From Rickettsia typhi (GTDB taxonomy: Bacteria > Pseudomonadota > Alphaproteobacteria > Rickettsiales > UBA1997): a DNA stretch of 61,116 bases. The notes under the pieces were generated by a model, which saw only the letters and a program-made list of their open reading frames with translations, searched no databases and was not told the DNA's origin. The position numbers were made by a program, and so were the translations under genes. Shown piece after piece: positions 9,989 to 19,270 of the stretch (positions within the stretch are counted from its first letter, which is position 1; each line of letters starts with the position of its first letter). Location of the stretch: positions 1 through 61,116 of the forward strand of contig CAMCAW010000005.1 of NCBI GenBank assembly GCA_945872855.1, given 5' to 3'.

Positions 9989-10993
9989 ATGCAAAAATTA
10001 ACACAGCGCAATATAGTTGATATGATAAGATCTGGCGATGTCAACTATTTGAGACACGCGGTTTGGAATGGTCTAATCAAGGTTCCGCAAGATTTAGTGC
10101 ATCTTGGAAGAGGCGATACCGCATTGCATGTTGCGGCAAAATATGGTCAGGTAGAGGTGTTGCAATATCTAGTTGCAGGATTGTGTTGGCAAGAAGGAGA
10201 TGAAATAAAAACTTGGGGCCTAGATGCCAGTATGAAAAATCACAGGGGCCATACAGCGAAGTATTTGGCGCAGAATTACAGCAATTCTGCTAATAATAAA
10301 GAGACAAAGCTATATATGGCGCAAATCTTAGATGCGGCCGAAATTACTGAAAAATCGGCGCGCGCAAAAGCCATGAAAGATGTAGAAAATATTTCTATTC
10401 CCAAAAGAATCTCGCCAAAAAGAATAGAAAATTTTCATGTGCCGCAAGGTAATGCAAATATATATACTGGTCGCAAAGATGCGCAGGGCGAAACGCTAGA
10501 CGGCGCTACTTTATACATGGAAATTCGCAAAAAATATAACGATTTGCGTCAAGTAGCAAATAAAGAGCGCGAAGTGAGAGAAGATGATAAGCGTGAATTT
10601 TTAAGCAAGGCAGAATCGGGAGAGCTTAGCGCCGAAGATGTAAAAAAATATATAATCGGAAGGCCAAACGCGGCAGGAGAATATGTCAGCGGAAGGCTTG
10701 ATTGTAAGGTTGGTCGCAAAGGAGATGGTGCTCTACATCTTGCTTTAAAAGGCGGCCATGTTGAAATTGTAAAAATGCTGCTTGAAGGAGTTGAAGTTGA
10801 TGGAAGAGTTGAGAGAGTAAGATTTGATGATAAAGCTAGAGATATACTCAAAGAGGTTTCGGAAAGAGTTCCGCCAAGCAAAATTCACCAAGAGATTATC
10901 AGTTATCTAGAAAGGCCAAAAACAGTTTTTACGAAAAGTTCAAAAACAGTTGCAGAGCCCTTAGATGCAGCTAACCAGCTGCTAGTAAGATAA
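9989..10993 (+). CDS. Ankyrin repeat protein
   Basis: GDTALHVAAKYGQVEVLQYLV and GDGALHLALKGGHVEIVKMLL. Confidence 0.85.
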   Translation: MQKLTQRNIVDMIRSGDVNYLRHAVWNGLIKVPQDLVHLGRGDTALHVAAKYGQVEVLQYLVAGLCWQEGDEIKTWGLDASMKNHRGHTAKYLAQNYSNSANNKETKLYMAQILDAAEITEKSARAKAMKDVENISIPKRISPKRIENFHVPQGNANIYTGRKDAQGETLDGATLYMEIRKKYNDLRQVANKEREVREDDKREFLSKAESGELSAEDVKKYIIGRPNAAGEYVSGRLDCKVGRKGDGALHLALKGGHVEIVKMLLEGVEVDGRVERVRFDDKARDILKEVSERVPPSKIHQEIISYLERPKTVFTKSSKTVAEPLDAANQLLVR

Positions 10994-11035
10994 TTGCAAT
11001 ATTGTATTATTTTTATAACGACAAATTTATCAAAT

Positions 11036-11713
11036 ATGTATCGTCTATATCATCATTCTCTTTGTCCATTTTCGCGCAAGGTTCGAATTCACTTGGCGGC
11101 GAAGGAAGTCGATTTCGAATTAATCACAGAACATTTTTGGGAAAGGCGCAAAGAGTTTATCGCGATGAATGCTGCGGGAACAGTGCCTGTAATGTTCGAT
11201 AACAGTAACGCGGCAGTAATTTGCGGCAGTTCGGTGATCATCGAATATATCGAAGAAAAGCATGTTGAGAGCAAAAATTTTTTCGGCGATTCTTTTGTGA
11301 AGCGCGCCGAAACTCGCAGAATTGAAAATTGGTTTGATGAAAAATTCTATCACGAAGTTTCAAAACACATTTTAAGCGAGCGCTATTTTAACCGCTATTT
11401 GCCTGGATCGCGAGCACCTAATTCTGAAATTTTGCGCGTGGCACGACACAACTTAAATATTCATTTAAGCTATATCGAATATTTGCTAGAGACGCGAAAA
11501 TATTTAGCGGGAGAAAATATTTCTGTTGCAGATTTTGCAGCGGCGGCACAAATTTCGGTGCTCGATTATTTTGGCGATATAAATTGGCAGCATCATCAAA
11601 GTGTTAAGGATTGGTATAGTCTAATCAAGTCACACAAGGTTTTTAACGAGGTTTTGAAGGATCGCTTGGCAAATATTAATCCGCCAGAGTGGTATGCGAA
11701 GTTAGATTTTTAA
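11036..11713 (+). CDS. fzlA: GST-fold FtsZ-binding protein FzlA-like
   Basis: LYHHSLCPFSRKVR, ADFAAAAQIS, C-terminal PEWYAKLDF; ATG at 11036. Confidence 0.75.
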   Translation: MYRLYHHSLCPFSRKVRIHLAAKEVDFELITEHFWERRKEFIAMNAAGTVPVMFDNSNAAVICGSSVIIEYIEEKHVESKNFFGDSFVKRAETRRIENWFDEKFYHEVSKHILSERYFNRYLPGSRAPNSEILRVARHNLNIHLSYIEYLLETRKYLAGENISVADFAAAAQISVLDYFGDINWQHHQSVKDWYSLIKSHKVFNEVLKDRLANINPPEWYAKLDF

Positions 11714-11770
11714 GGTGATTTCATGCTTCGATTTTAATTCTTTTATCATAAACAATTAATTTTTTTATAC

Positions 11771-12763
11771 GTGATTTTACTTGATGAAGATAAAGCTAAA
11801 AAGTTTTTAGCGCAGAATAATTTTTTTAATTGCGAGATAAAAAAAGTTGCGGGCGATGCTTCGTTTCGTTCTTATTATCGCATTTTTTGCGATGACAGAA
11901 CTTTTATTCTAATGTTCGCGCCGCCTAGTCACGAGGATATTCAGCCCTTTATTAAAATTGATAAATTTTTGGTTGAGCATGATTTTTCAGCGCCAAAAAT
12001 TTTTGCTATCGATGAGGTTGGCGGCTTTATTTTGTTAGAAGATTTTGGCGACGACAGTTATGGCCGCGTGCTTGGATCCTCAAAAGGCATGGCTGGAGGG
12101 GTTATAAATAGCGAGCGCGCGCTCTATAAAAATGCCTGCGATGTTTTGGTTGCGCTGCATAAAAACACATCTTTTCCGTCAAATCTCGAAATTTATAACC
12201 ACGCGCTTTTATTTCGTGAAGTGATGTTGTTGGTTGATTGGTATTTGCCGCATGTAAAAAAAATCACCATGTCGCTGCAAGAAAAAGCGCGCTTCAAGCA
12301 TTTGTGGTTCGAGCTTTTTGATTTACTTAGTCGCGAAAATCAAGTTTTGGTTTTGCGCGATTATCATGCCGATAATTTAATGTTGCTGCAAAATCGCGAA
12401 GGTCATAAATCTGTTGGGCTGCTTGATTTTCAAGATGCGGTGATTGGCTCTCCCGCCTACGATTTAGTGTCTTTGCTAGAAGATGCGCGTCGCGATGTTA
12501 GCGAAAAAACTCGTGAAGAAATTTTTGCTCATTACTTACATTCAGCCTCGATCGACAAAAACTCTTTCGCCTGCGATTACGCAATTTTGTCTTTGCAGCG
12601 TAATATAAAAATTATGGGCATCTTCGCGCGCCTTGCTACGCGAGATTCTAAGCCATATTATTTAAATCTCTTGCCAAGAGTCACAAAATCTGTTATAATG
12701 CGCCTCGCAAGCGGAAATCCGATTTTTGCGGATATTTCTGAATTTTTACAAAAGTTTATTTAG
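11771..12763 (+). CDS. amgK: Anomeric MurNAc/GlcNAc kinase (APH-like phosphotransferase)
   Basis: GDASFRSYYR, LRDYHADNLM, LDFQDA, YDLVSLLEDAR, QRNIKIMGIFARL. Confidence 0.8.
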   Translation: MILLDEDKAKKFLAQNNFFNCEIKKVAGDASFRSYYRIFCDDRTFILMFAPPSHEDIQPFIKIDKFLVEHDFSAPKIFAIDEVGGFILLEDFGDDSYGRVLGSSKGMAGGVINSERALYKNACDVLVALHKNTSFPSNLEIYNHALLFREVMLLVDWYLPHVKKITMSLQEKARFKHLWFELFDLLSRENQVLVLRDYHADNLMLLQNREGHKSVGLLDFQDAVIGSPAYDLVSLLEDARRDVSEKTREEIFAHYLHSASIDKNSFACDYAILSLQRNIKIMGIFARLATRDSKPYYLNLLPRVTKSVIMRLASGNPIFADISEFLQKFI

Positions 12764-12768
12764 TTATC

Positions 12769-13305
12769 ATGATCCCGAAAAATAGAAATAATAATCACGG
12801 TGTTGCACCAGAAAAGCTTAATGAAAGTGAGTCTAGTGCTCCTAGTGCTTCGCCAAAGAGCCCGCAAGCGGATTTTTTGGGAATTGTAGAGAAGTTAGAG
12901 CGACTAACTCAAGTGGGCGAAGAAGAATTGCTTAATGCAGAGCAGATTGCCGAAGAAGTATTTTTATTTTTAAGCGATATTCCAGATCAAAAAGTTTTGA
13001 AGGGAATGATAGATAGCGTAGATGATCCAGATCTTAAGCCATATGTTACTGCGTTAAACACTTTGTTTCCGCTAGTTAAAAATTCTGAAACTGGAGGGAT
13101 TAATCAGTTAAATTCTAATATCGTAGAAAAACTTAGCCCAAAATCTTATGCGAAAGTTGCGGTAATTGGCGGCAGGCCATTTGTTGAGGTGATGTGCGAT
13201 ATTGTTAATCAAGAGGTTGATGCCAGAACTCCTAGTAGCAATTTATTTAGAGTGAATGCGGTGCGAGCCTTTACTTCTTCTAATGAGGTATCGATTGGTA
13301 GGTAG
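12769..13305 (+). CDS. Orphan hypothetical protein
   Basis: 178 aa ORF 5 nt after amgK; Pro/Ser-rich N-terminus; ends TPSSN...IGR. Confidence 0.65.
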   Translation: MIPKNRNNNHGVAPEKLNESESSAPSASPKSPQADFLGIVEKLERLTQVGEEELLNAEQIAEEVFLFLSDIPDQKVLKGMIDSVDDPDLKPYVTALNTLFPLVKNSETGGINQLNSNIVEKLSPKSYAKVAVIGGRPFVEVMCDIVNQEVDARTPSSNLFRVNAVRAFTSSNEVSIGR

Positions 13306-13378
13306 TTCATTTTAAATCTTGTGGGCGCCAAAACCCTCTAAAACCCAAAACTCCCAAAAAACCCAATAACATTCCCAT

Positions 13379-13420
13379 AAAAAAGGCCGAGAAGGTAATT
13401 ACCGTCTCGGCCTTTCTTTT
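13379..13420. terminator. Bidirectional intrinsic terminator
   Basis: aaaaggccgaga...tctcggccttt stem with A/T tracts on both sides, between convergent genes. Confidence 0.8.
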
Positions 13421-13438
13421 ACTTTTTAGATTTTACTA

Positions 13439-13621
13439 CTATTTTTTTTTCGCAACTACTTTTTTAGCTGGAGCTTTTTTAGCAACGGTTTTTTTTGCAA
13501 CTACTTTTTTAGCAACTACTTTTTTAGCAACAACTTTTTTAACTACTTTTTTCGCAACTACTTTTTTAGCTGGAGCTTTTTTAGCAACAACTTTTTTAGC
13601 AACAACTTTTTTAACTGCCAT
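13439..13621 (-). CDS. Histone H1-like basic repeat protein (60 aa)
   Basis: ATG at 13621; sequence is almost entirely VVAKK/APAKK pentapeptide repeats; strong terminator downstream. Confidence 0.8.
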   Translation of the reverse strand: MAVKKVVAKKVVAKKAPAKKVVAKKVVKKVVAKKVVAKKVVAKKTVAKKAPAKKVVAKKK

Positions 13622-13634
13622 AAAATATTTAATT

Positions 13635-14375
13635 TTAATTTTTAATTTTATTTCCAATAAGAATAACAATTTCAAATAATAAAATCATCGGAATTGCTAA
13701 ACTTATCTGACTCAAGACATCAGGCGGAGTAAGGATTGCAGCTATTATAAAAATAATTACAATCCAATATTTTCGCTTCTTTCTTAAATCATCAGAAGTA
13801 AGAAAACCAATTCTAATTAAAAAAAGCAAGAGAATTGGTAATTGAAATGCGATCCCAAATGAAAAAAGTAAATCGATTATTAAATTTAAATATTCAGAAA
13901 TTTTTGTTTCGAGTTGAATTGGAATTATTGATGATCCGGCGAGGCCTTGAGCCTCAAAGCCTAGGAAGAATTTAAAAGTTAGCGGAAGTAAGAAAAAAAA
14001 CGCTAATGCGGCGCCGCATAAAAATAAAAATGGTGCGAAAAATAATATTGCGAGAACGAATTTCTTTTCTTTTTTGAATAAAGCTGGTGCTAAAAAAAGA
14101 TAAAATTGAATTGCAAAAATTGGTACAGAAAAAAATAATGCGGTATAAAAGGCGACTTTGGTAAAGGTGATGAATCCTTCAGCGGGGCTGGTGTAGATCA
14201 ATCTTCTATTTTGTTGATCACTGAAAGATTCTGTGAGAGGTTGTAATAAAAATTGATAAATTTCTGCAGAGAAAAAGTAAGAGATGCAAAATGCTACAAT
14301 CAAAAATGTTACGCAAAAAATTATTCTGCGTTTTAATTCTGTGAGATGTTCTTGGAGAGAAATTTTTTCAGTCAC
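13635..14375 (-). CDS. tatC: Twin-arginine translocase subunit C
   Basis: LQEHLTELKRR, FLAPAL, FGIAFQLP, AAILTPPDVLSQ. Confidence 0.96.
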   Translation of the reverse strand: MTEKISLQEHLTELKRRIIFCVTFLIVAFCISYFFSAEIYQFLLQPLTESFSDQQNRRLIYTSPAEGFITFTKVAFYTALFFSVPIFAIQFYLFLAPALFKKEKKFVLAILFFAPFLFLCGAALAFFFLLPLTFKFFLGFEAQGLAGSSIIPIQLETKISEYLNLIIDLLFSFGIAFQLPILLLFLIRIGFLTSDDLRKKRKYWIVIIFIIAAILTPPDVLSQISLAIPMILLFEIVILIGNKIKN

Positions 14376-14419
14376 GGTTTTTTTATTGAATAATTTCTGT
14401 GGTGTTTTTGTTGTTAAAA

Positions 14420-15817
14420 TTATTTAGAATTAACGAATTTCTTTGCGATTACAATCTGCTTTTGAACCACTGAGCACGCGGTTCCGCCAAAACTAATGCG
14501 CGAATTAACAGAATTTTCTACGCTTAATACATCAAAAATTTTCGCAGTGATTTTTTTCTCAACTTTTTGCAAATCAGAAATTTTTAATTGATGTAAATCG
14601 AGATTTTTTTCTTCCGCCATTTTCACAATTGTTCCTGTGATATGATGTGCATTACGGAATGGAATTTGTAAATTTTTTACAAGCCAATCCGCTAAATCTG
14701 TTGCGGTTGAGTATCCGGTTTTTGACATTGCTAACATTTTTTCTTTATTCACCGACATGTCTAAAACCATGCCAGACATTGCTTGCAAGGCTAGCTGAAT
14801 ATTTTTGCTTGCATCAAAAACAACTTCTTTATCTTCTTGCATATCTTTTGAATAAGTTAGCGGCAAGCCTTTTATTACGGTGAGTAATGAAAATAATGCG
14901 CCGAAAATTCTGCCAGATTTTGCGCGAATTAATTCTGCGGCGTCGGGATTTTTTTTCTGCGGCATGATTGAGCTGCCTGAAGTAAAGGCGTCGGAGAGTT
15001 TGATGAACTCGAAACCTTTACTCATCCAAATGACAATTTCTTCGGCGAAGCGCGATAAATGCAGCGCGATTAATGATGTGCAGGATAAAAATTCGATGGC
15101 AAAATCGCGATCAGAAACAGAATCCATTGAGTTGGCGGTTGGGCGTGCGAAATCGAGGGATTTTGCGGTGGCGAAACGATCGATCGGAAATGACGTGCCA
15201 GCCATTGCGCAAGCACCAAGAGGACATTCGTTCATTCTGACGCGAAGATCATCTAGGCGAGAAATATCGCGCTTAAACATCTCGAAATAGGCCAGCAAAT
15301 GATGGGCGAATAATACGGGTTGCGCAACTTGCAAATGGGTAAAACCGGGCATGATTACATCGAGATTTTTTTCGGCCTTGGTGACGAAATTTTTTTCTAG
15401 ATCGATTAACAAATTGCGAATCGCATCAACTTCGTCTCGAATGAAAAGGCGAAAATCGGTTGCGACTTGATCATTGCGCGAGCGAGCGGTGTGAAGCTTT
15501 CCCGCTACATCACCGATAATTTCTTTTAGGCGCGATTCGATATTCATGTGAATATCTTCGAGTTCTTTTTTGAAAATAAATTTGCCGCTATCGATTTCTT
15601 TTTCGATTTTTTTTAGGCCGTCGATAATTTTTTTTGCTTCAGCAAGTGAAATAATTTTTGCAGAAGAAAGCATTTGCGCATGCGCGATAGAGCCGCGAAT
15701 ATCTTGCTTATAAAGCTGGTGGTCAAAACTAATGGATTGGTTAATTTCTAGCATCATTGCAGCGGGACTAGCTTCAAATCTTCCGCCCCACATTTTATTT
15801 GCAGAATTTTTTTTCAT
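14420..15817 (-). CDS. argH: Argininosuccinate lyase
   Basis: [29 protein letters not shown]; likely start 15817. Confidence 0.97.
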   Translation of the reverse strand: MKKNSANKMWGGRFEASPAAMMLEINQSISFDHQLYKQDIRGSIAHAQMLSSAKIISLAEAKKIIDGLKKIEKEIDSGKFIFKKELEDIHMNIESRLKEIIGDVAGKLHTARSRNDQVATDFRLFIRDEVDAIRNLLIDLEKNFVTKAEKNLDVIMPGFTHLQVAQPVLFAHHLLAYFEMFKRDISRLDDLRVRMNECPLGACAMAGTSFPIDRFATAKSLDFARPTANSMDSVSDRDFAIEFLSCTSLIALHLSRFAEEIVIWMSKGFEFIKLSDAFTSGSSIMPQKKNPDAAELIRAKSGRIFGALFSLLTVIKGLPLTYSKDMQEDKEVVFDASKNIQLALQAMSGMVLDMSVNKEKMLAMSKTGYSTATDLADWLVKNLQIPFRNAHHITGTIVKMAEEKNLDLHQLKISDLQKVEKKITAKIFDVLSVENSVNSRISFGGTACSVVQKQIVIAKKFVNSK

Positions 15818-15853
15818 AATTAGAAATTTAAATTTTGATTTGCAATATTGGTA

Positions 15854-15879
15854 TAGATTTCTGCTTGCGCAGGAATGAT
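15854..15879. repeat. Degenerate REP/RPE-like palindromic unit
   Basis: tagatttctgcttgcgcaggaatgat; the reverse complement approximates GTCATTCCTGCG..AGCAGGAATCT. Confidence 0.45.
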
Positions 15880-15964
15880 ATTTTAAACGGGAAAGACAAT
15901 CTGGCATTTCAGGATTGTTGAGTATAATCTAAAATTTATAATTTAAAATTTCTAATTTTCGCAA

Positions 15965-17110
15965 ATGAGCAACCAGCATTTTGACCGTAATTCTCTAAAT
16001 CCCATTACTAAATGGTGGATCGATATTGATAAAATTAACGTCATCATAATTTTTGCCATAATTGTGTTTGGGCTAATGATGACGGCCACTTCTAGCACTG
16101 CGATTGCCAAGAGAATTGATGTCACAAAATTTTTCTTTCTTAATAAACAGATAATTTTTGCTTGCATGGCCTTGGTCTTGCTTGTGGCGATCTCATTTCT
16201 TGATCAAGAATATATTAAATTTTTTGCGATAATTGGTCTTGGTGTGGCAATTTTACTTTTAATTGCTGTATTATTTTTTGGCCTTGAAGCCAAGGGCGCC
16301 AAGCGCTGGATCTCTCTCGCGGGCTTTACGTTGCAGCCTTCAGAATTTGCAAAAACTTTTTTCATAATTGTTAATGCTTACATTTTGCAAAAATATCACA
16401 CAGCAAAATGGACGCTAAAATATGGAATTTCCTTCGGATTATATTTAACAATTATAGTGTTGTTGGTTTTGCAGCCAGATATTGGAATGACAATTACCCT
16501 TACAGCCATGTGGATCGCGCAGCTTTTCATTTATGGAATGCCGATGGTGATTATTTTTATCGCCGCATTTCTTGGGGTGCTTGGGGCAATAACCGCTTAC
16601 ATCGCGCTGCCTCACGTTGAAGATCGTATCAATAAATTTCTTGATGGCGACGGCAAAAATTATCAGGTAGAGAGATCGCTCGACGCCTTTGTTAACGGCT
16701 CATTCTTTGGCACTGGCCCTGGAAATGGCGTGGTAAAGAAATTCATTCCCGATGCTCACACCGATTTTATTTTTGCGGTAATTGGTGAAGAATATGGCGC
16801 GCTTACTTGCGTGATGATTATCATTTTATTCGCCTATCTCATTACGAGAATTGTCAAGCGCGCGCTTGATGAGGAGAATATGTTTATTTACCTTTCGCTC
16901 TTCGGTTTGATGATGCAATTTACGATTCAAGTGATTGTGAATATCGGTGTGAATCTAAGGCTTCTTCCAGCAAAGGGCATGACGCTTCCATTCATAAGTT
17001 ACGGTGGTTCGTCGATGATTTCAATGGCCATTTGTTTTGGGCTTATTTTAGCTTTTACGAAGCGAAAATATCATCGTGATGTAGATTATGGGAATTTGAG
17101 GTTGATCTAG
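15965..17110 (+). CDS. ftsW: Cell division SEDS glycosyltransferase FtsW
   Basis: GAKRWISL, QPSEFAK, QPDIG, PDAHTDFIFAVIGEE, KGMTLPFISYGGSS. Confidence 0.92.
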   Translation: MSNQHFDRNSLNPITKWWIDIDKINVIIIFAIIVFGLMMTATSSTAIAKRIDVTKFFFLNKQIIFACMALVLLVAISFLDQEYIKFFAIIGLGVAILLLIAVLFFGLEAKGAKRWISLAGFTLQPSEFAKTFFIIVNAYILQKYHTAKWTLKYGISFGLYLTIIVLLVLQPDIGMTITLTAMWIAQLFIYGMPMVIIFIAAFLGVLGAITAYIALPHVEDRINKFLDGDGKNYQVERSLDAFVNGSFFGTGPGNGVVKKFIPDAHTDFIFAVIGEEYGALTCVMIIILFAYLITRIVKRALDEENMFIYLSLFGLMMQFTIQVIVNIGVNLRLLPAKGMTLPFISYGGSSMISMAICFGLILAFTKRKYHRDVDYGNLRLI

Positions 17111-17132
17111 GCGTGAGGCTTGGCTCTAGTGT

Positions 17133-17651
17133 TTATCGCGAAATCGTCTCAACAAAAAACTTAACCAAATCATCGCCGTTATAATTTAAAAACTCGATTT
17201 CTAGCTTTTCATTATCGCGCTTAAACCTAAGCAAATTAACGCTTGGCTTATCGTTCTTCAAGCTTTTCCATCCTAGCTGCGGCAAAGTTTTTATATAAAA
17301 TTCGCGCATTTTTTGCAAATCATCAGAGCTTTTATAAGTTATTGCGATGATGCTGCCGCTTGCAGAATCGAAGTCTAATCCATCATCAGAAATTTTATTT
17401 AATCCAGCGGCGAGTGGAATATCTTTGCTGCCTGCAACAAATTGGTTTGAGGACTTCAAGGCGCTCATAGATTGGATTCCGCCAGTTGAGCCGCTATCGG
17501 CATAATTTGCAGATCCATCTGGAGAGTGTCCCAAATCTTCATTGGAAGAGATAGAGTTATTGTTGGAAGAGCAGGAAAATAGCGGCGTCATCAGGCAAAG
17601 TGCGAGGGCGATTTTAGAAAAAATCGCGAGAGAGTTTTTAGAATTTCTCAT
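17133..17651 (-). CDS. Hypothetical lipoprotein
   Basis: Signal peptide with lipobox LFSC from ATG 17651; C-terminal FY..TLPQLGW motif. Confidence 0.7.
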   Translation of the reverse strand: MRNSKNSLAIFSKIALALCLMTPLFSCSSNNNSISSNEDLGHSPDGSANYADSGSTGGIQSMSALKSSNQFVAGSKDIPLAAGLNKISDDGLDFDSASGSIIAITYKSSDDLQKMREFYIKTLPQLGWKSLKNDKPSVNLLRFKRDNEKLEIEFLNYNGDDLVKFFVETISR

Positions 17652-17655
17652 AAAT

Positions 17656-18474
17656 TTATTTTTGACAATGTTTGCAAAAGAAGCTCGAGCGGCCATTTTG
17701 CACTATCTTTGTGATGATACTGTTACAATGCAAACATTTTTTTCCATTATTGCCGTAAACCTTAAAACTGTTCTGAAAATTACCTTTTTTTCCATCAGAA
17801 TCAACATAGTCGTTGATTGAAGAGCCGCCTAGTTTTATAGATTTTTGCAGAATATCTTTTATCACTTTTATAAGTTTTGTGATTTCAGGTTTTACTAGAG
17901 AAGAAGCGCTGCGCAGTGGCGAAATTCGTGCCTCGAACAAAGATTCGTTTATGTAAATATTTCCAACACCAACAACAATTTCATTATCCATCATTGCGGT
18001 TTTTATGTTCATTTTTTTGCCGCGTAATTTTTCGGATAAATATTTTTCTTTGAATTGCTCAGAAAGCGGTTCTGGCCCAAGTTTGGCGAGTGCTTTATGT
18101 CGTTCTAAATTTTTGGTGTGAATTAAATCAATAAAGCCAAAGCGTCGTGGATCGTTGAAAATCAAGCGATCGCCATCATTAAATTCGCAAATAAAATGAT
18201 CGTGTGTGGCGTGTTTAATTTTTAAATCTTTATCCGCCACAATGCTGCCGCTCATTCCCAAGTGAATTATTAAGCTATATCCATCACTAAAATCGATAAT
18301 CAAATAACGCGCGCGCCTATTGATTTTATTGATAATTTTGTGGTTTAATATTGATAAATCCAATGTAGAAGCGATGCGTAGCTTTTTTTCGGAGCGAAAA
18401 ATTCGTTGCACTTTTTTGCCAATCAAGCCTTCAAGGCCACGGCGGATCGTTTCTACTTCAGGCAATTCGGGCAT
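17656..18474 (-). CDS. mutM: Formamidopyrimidine-DNA glycosylase
   Basis: MPELPEVET N-terminus (start 18474), HLGMSG, GVGNIY, CxxC...CxxCQ zinc finger. Confidence 0.97.
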   Translation of the reverse strand: MPELPEVETIRRGLEGLIGKKVQRIFRSEKKLRIASTLDLSILNHKIINKINRRARYLIIDFSDGYSLIIHLGMSGSIVADKDLKIKHATHDHFICEFNDGDRLIFNDPRRFGFIDLIHTKNLERHKALAKLGPEPLSEQFKEKYLSEKLRGKKMNIKTAMMDNEIVVGVGNIYINESLFEARISPLRSASSLVKPEITKLIKVIKDILQKSIKLGGSSINDYVDSDGKKGNFQNSFKVYGNNGKKCLHCNSIITKIVQNGRSSFFCKHCQK

Positions 18475-18546
18475 TGAAAGGGGGGTTGAAATTTTAAATT
18501 TTGTGTTATCATAATTCTGGTCATTATTTTTTAAATATAAAATGTC

Positions 18547-19242
18547 ATGCAAAATTACGAATATGAATTAACGCTTCCGCCTGAAACTGGTGATGACAAG
18601 CGCGTATTAATCCACAGCTGCTGTGCGCCTTGCGCGGGAGATCTTATGGAGCGCATGAAAAAATCTGGAATTGACCTGACGATTTTTTTCTACAACCCGA
18701 ATATTCATCCAAAAAAAGAATACGAAATTCGCAAAAATGAGAATAAAAGATTCGCCGAGAAGCTAGATATTCCGTTTGTCGATGCCGATTATGACGTGCA
18801 AAATTGGTTTGCGCGCGCCAAAGGTTTAGAGCTTGCTCCAGAGCGCGGCGAGCGTTGTACTAAGTGCTTCGACATGCGTTTTGAGCGCACGGCACTTTAT
18901 GCTTTTGAGAATGGCTTCAAAACTATCACTTCGTCGCTTGGAATTTCACGTTGGAAAAACATGGATCAAATTAACGATTGTGGTTTACGCGCCGCCGCTA
19001 ATTATGAAGGCATAAATTATTGGACATATAACTGGCGCAAGGCTGGCGGGGCAGAGCGCATGTATCAAATTGCGAAGAAGGAAGAATTTTATAAGCAAGA
19101 ATATTGCGGTTGTATTTTTTCTCTGCGTGATAGCAATGAGTGGCGCGTGAAACAGGGTCGCGAGGAGATTAAGATTGGCGAAGAATTTTATTCTGAAAGC
19201 GGAGTGGATAGAAAATTTACAGAGAAGAATTGTATAAAATAA
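18547..19242 (+). CDS. queH: Epoxyqueuosine reductase
   Basis: HSCCAPC, YNPNIHP, RCTKCF, QEYCGC. Confidence 0.9.
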   Translation: MQNYEYELTLPPETGDDKRVLIHSCCAPCAGDLMERMKKSGIDLTIFFYNPNIHPKKEYEIRKNENKRFAEKLDIPFVDADYDVQNWFARAKGLELAPERGERCTKCFDMRFERTALYAFENGFKTITSSLGISRWKNMDQINDCGLRAAANYEGINYWTYNWRKAGGAERMYQIAKKEEFYKQEYCGCIFSLRDSNEWRVKQGREEIKIGEEFYSESGVDRKFTEKNCIK

Positions 19243-19270
19243 TTACGTAAACATTTAGCATAAATTGTTC

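Noticed and set aside
13439-13620. 15-bp tandem repeats as a CRISPR array
   Set aside because: No unique spacers and the repeats encode the pentapeptide protein; no CRISPR array was seen anywhere in the window.
15818-15907. N-terminal extension of argH in the ORF track (likewise for mutM, lysS, fzlA)
   Set aside because: Family-typical N-termini begin at downstream ATGs.
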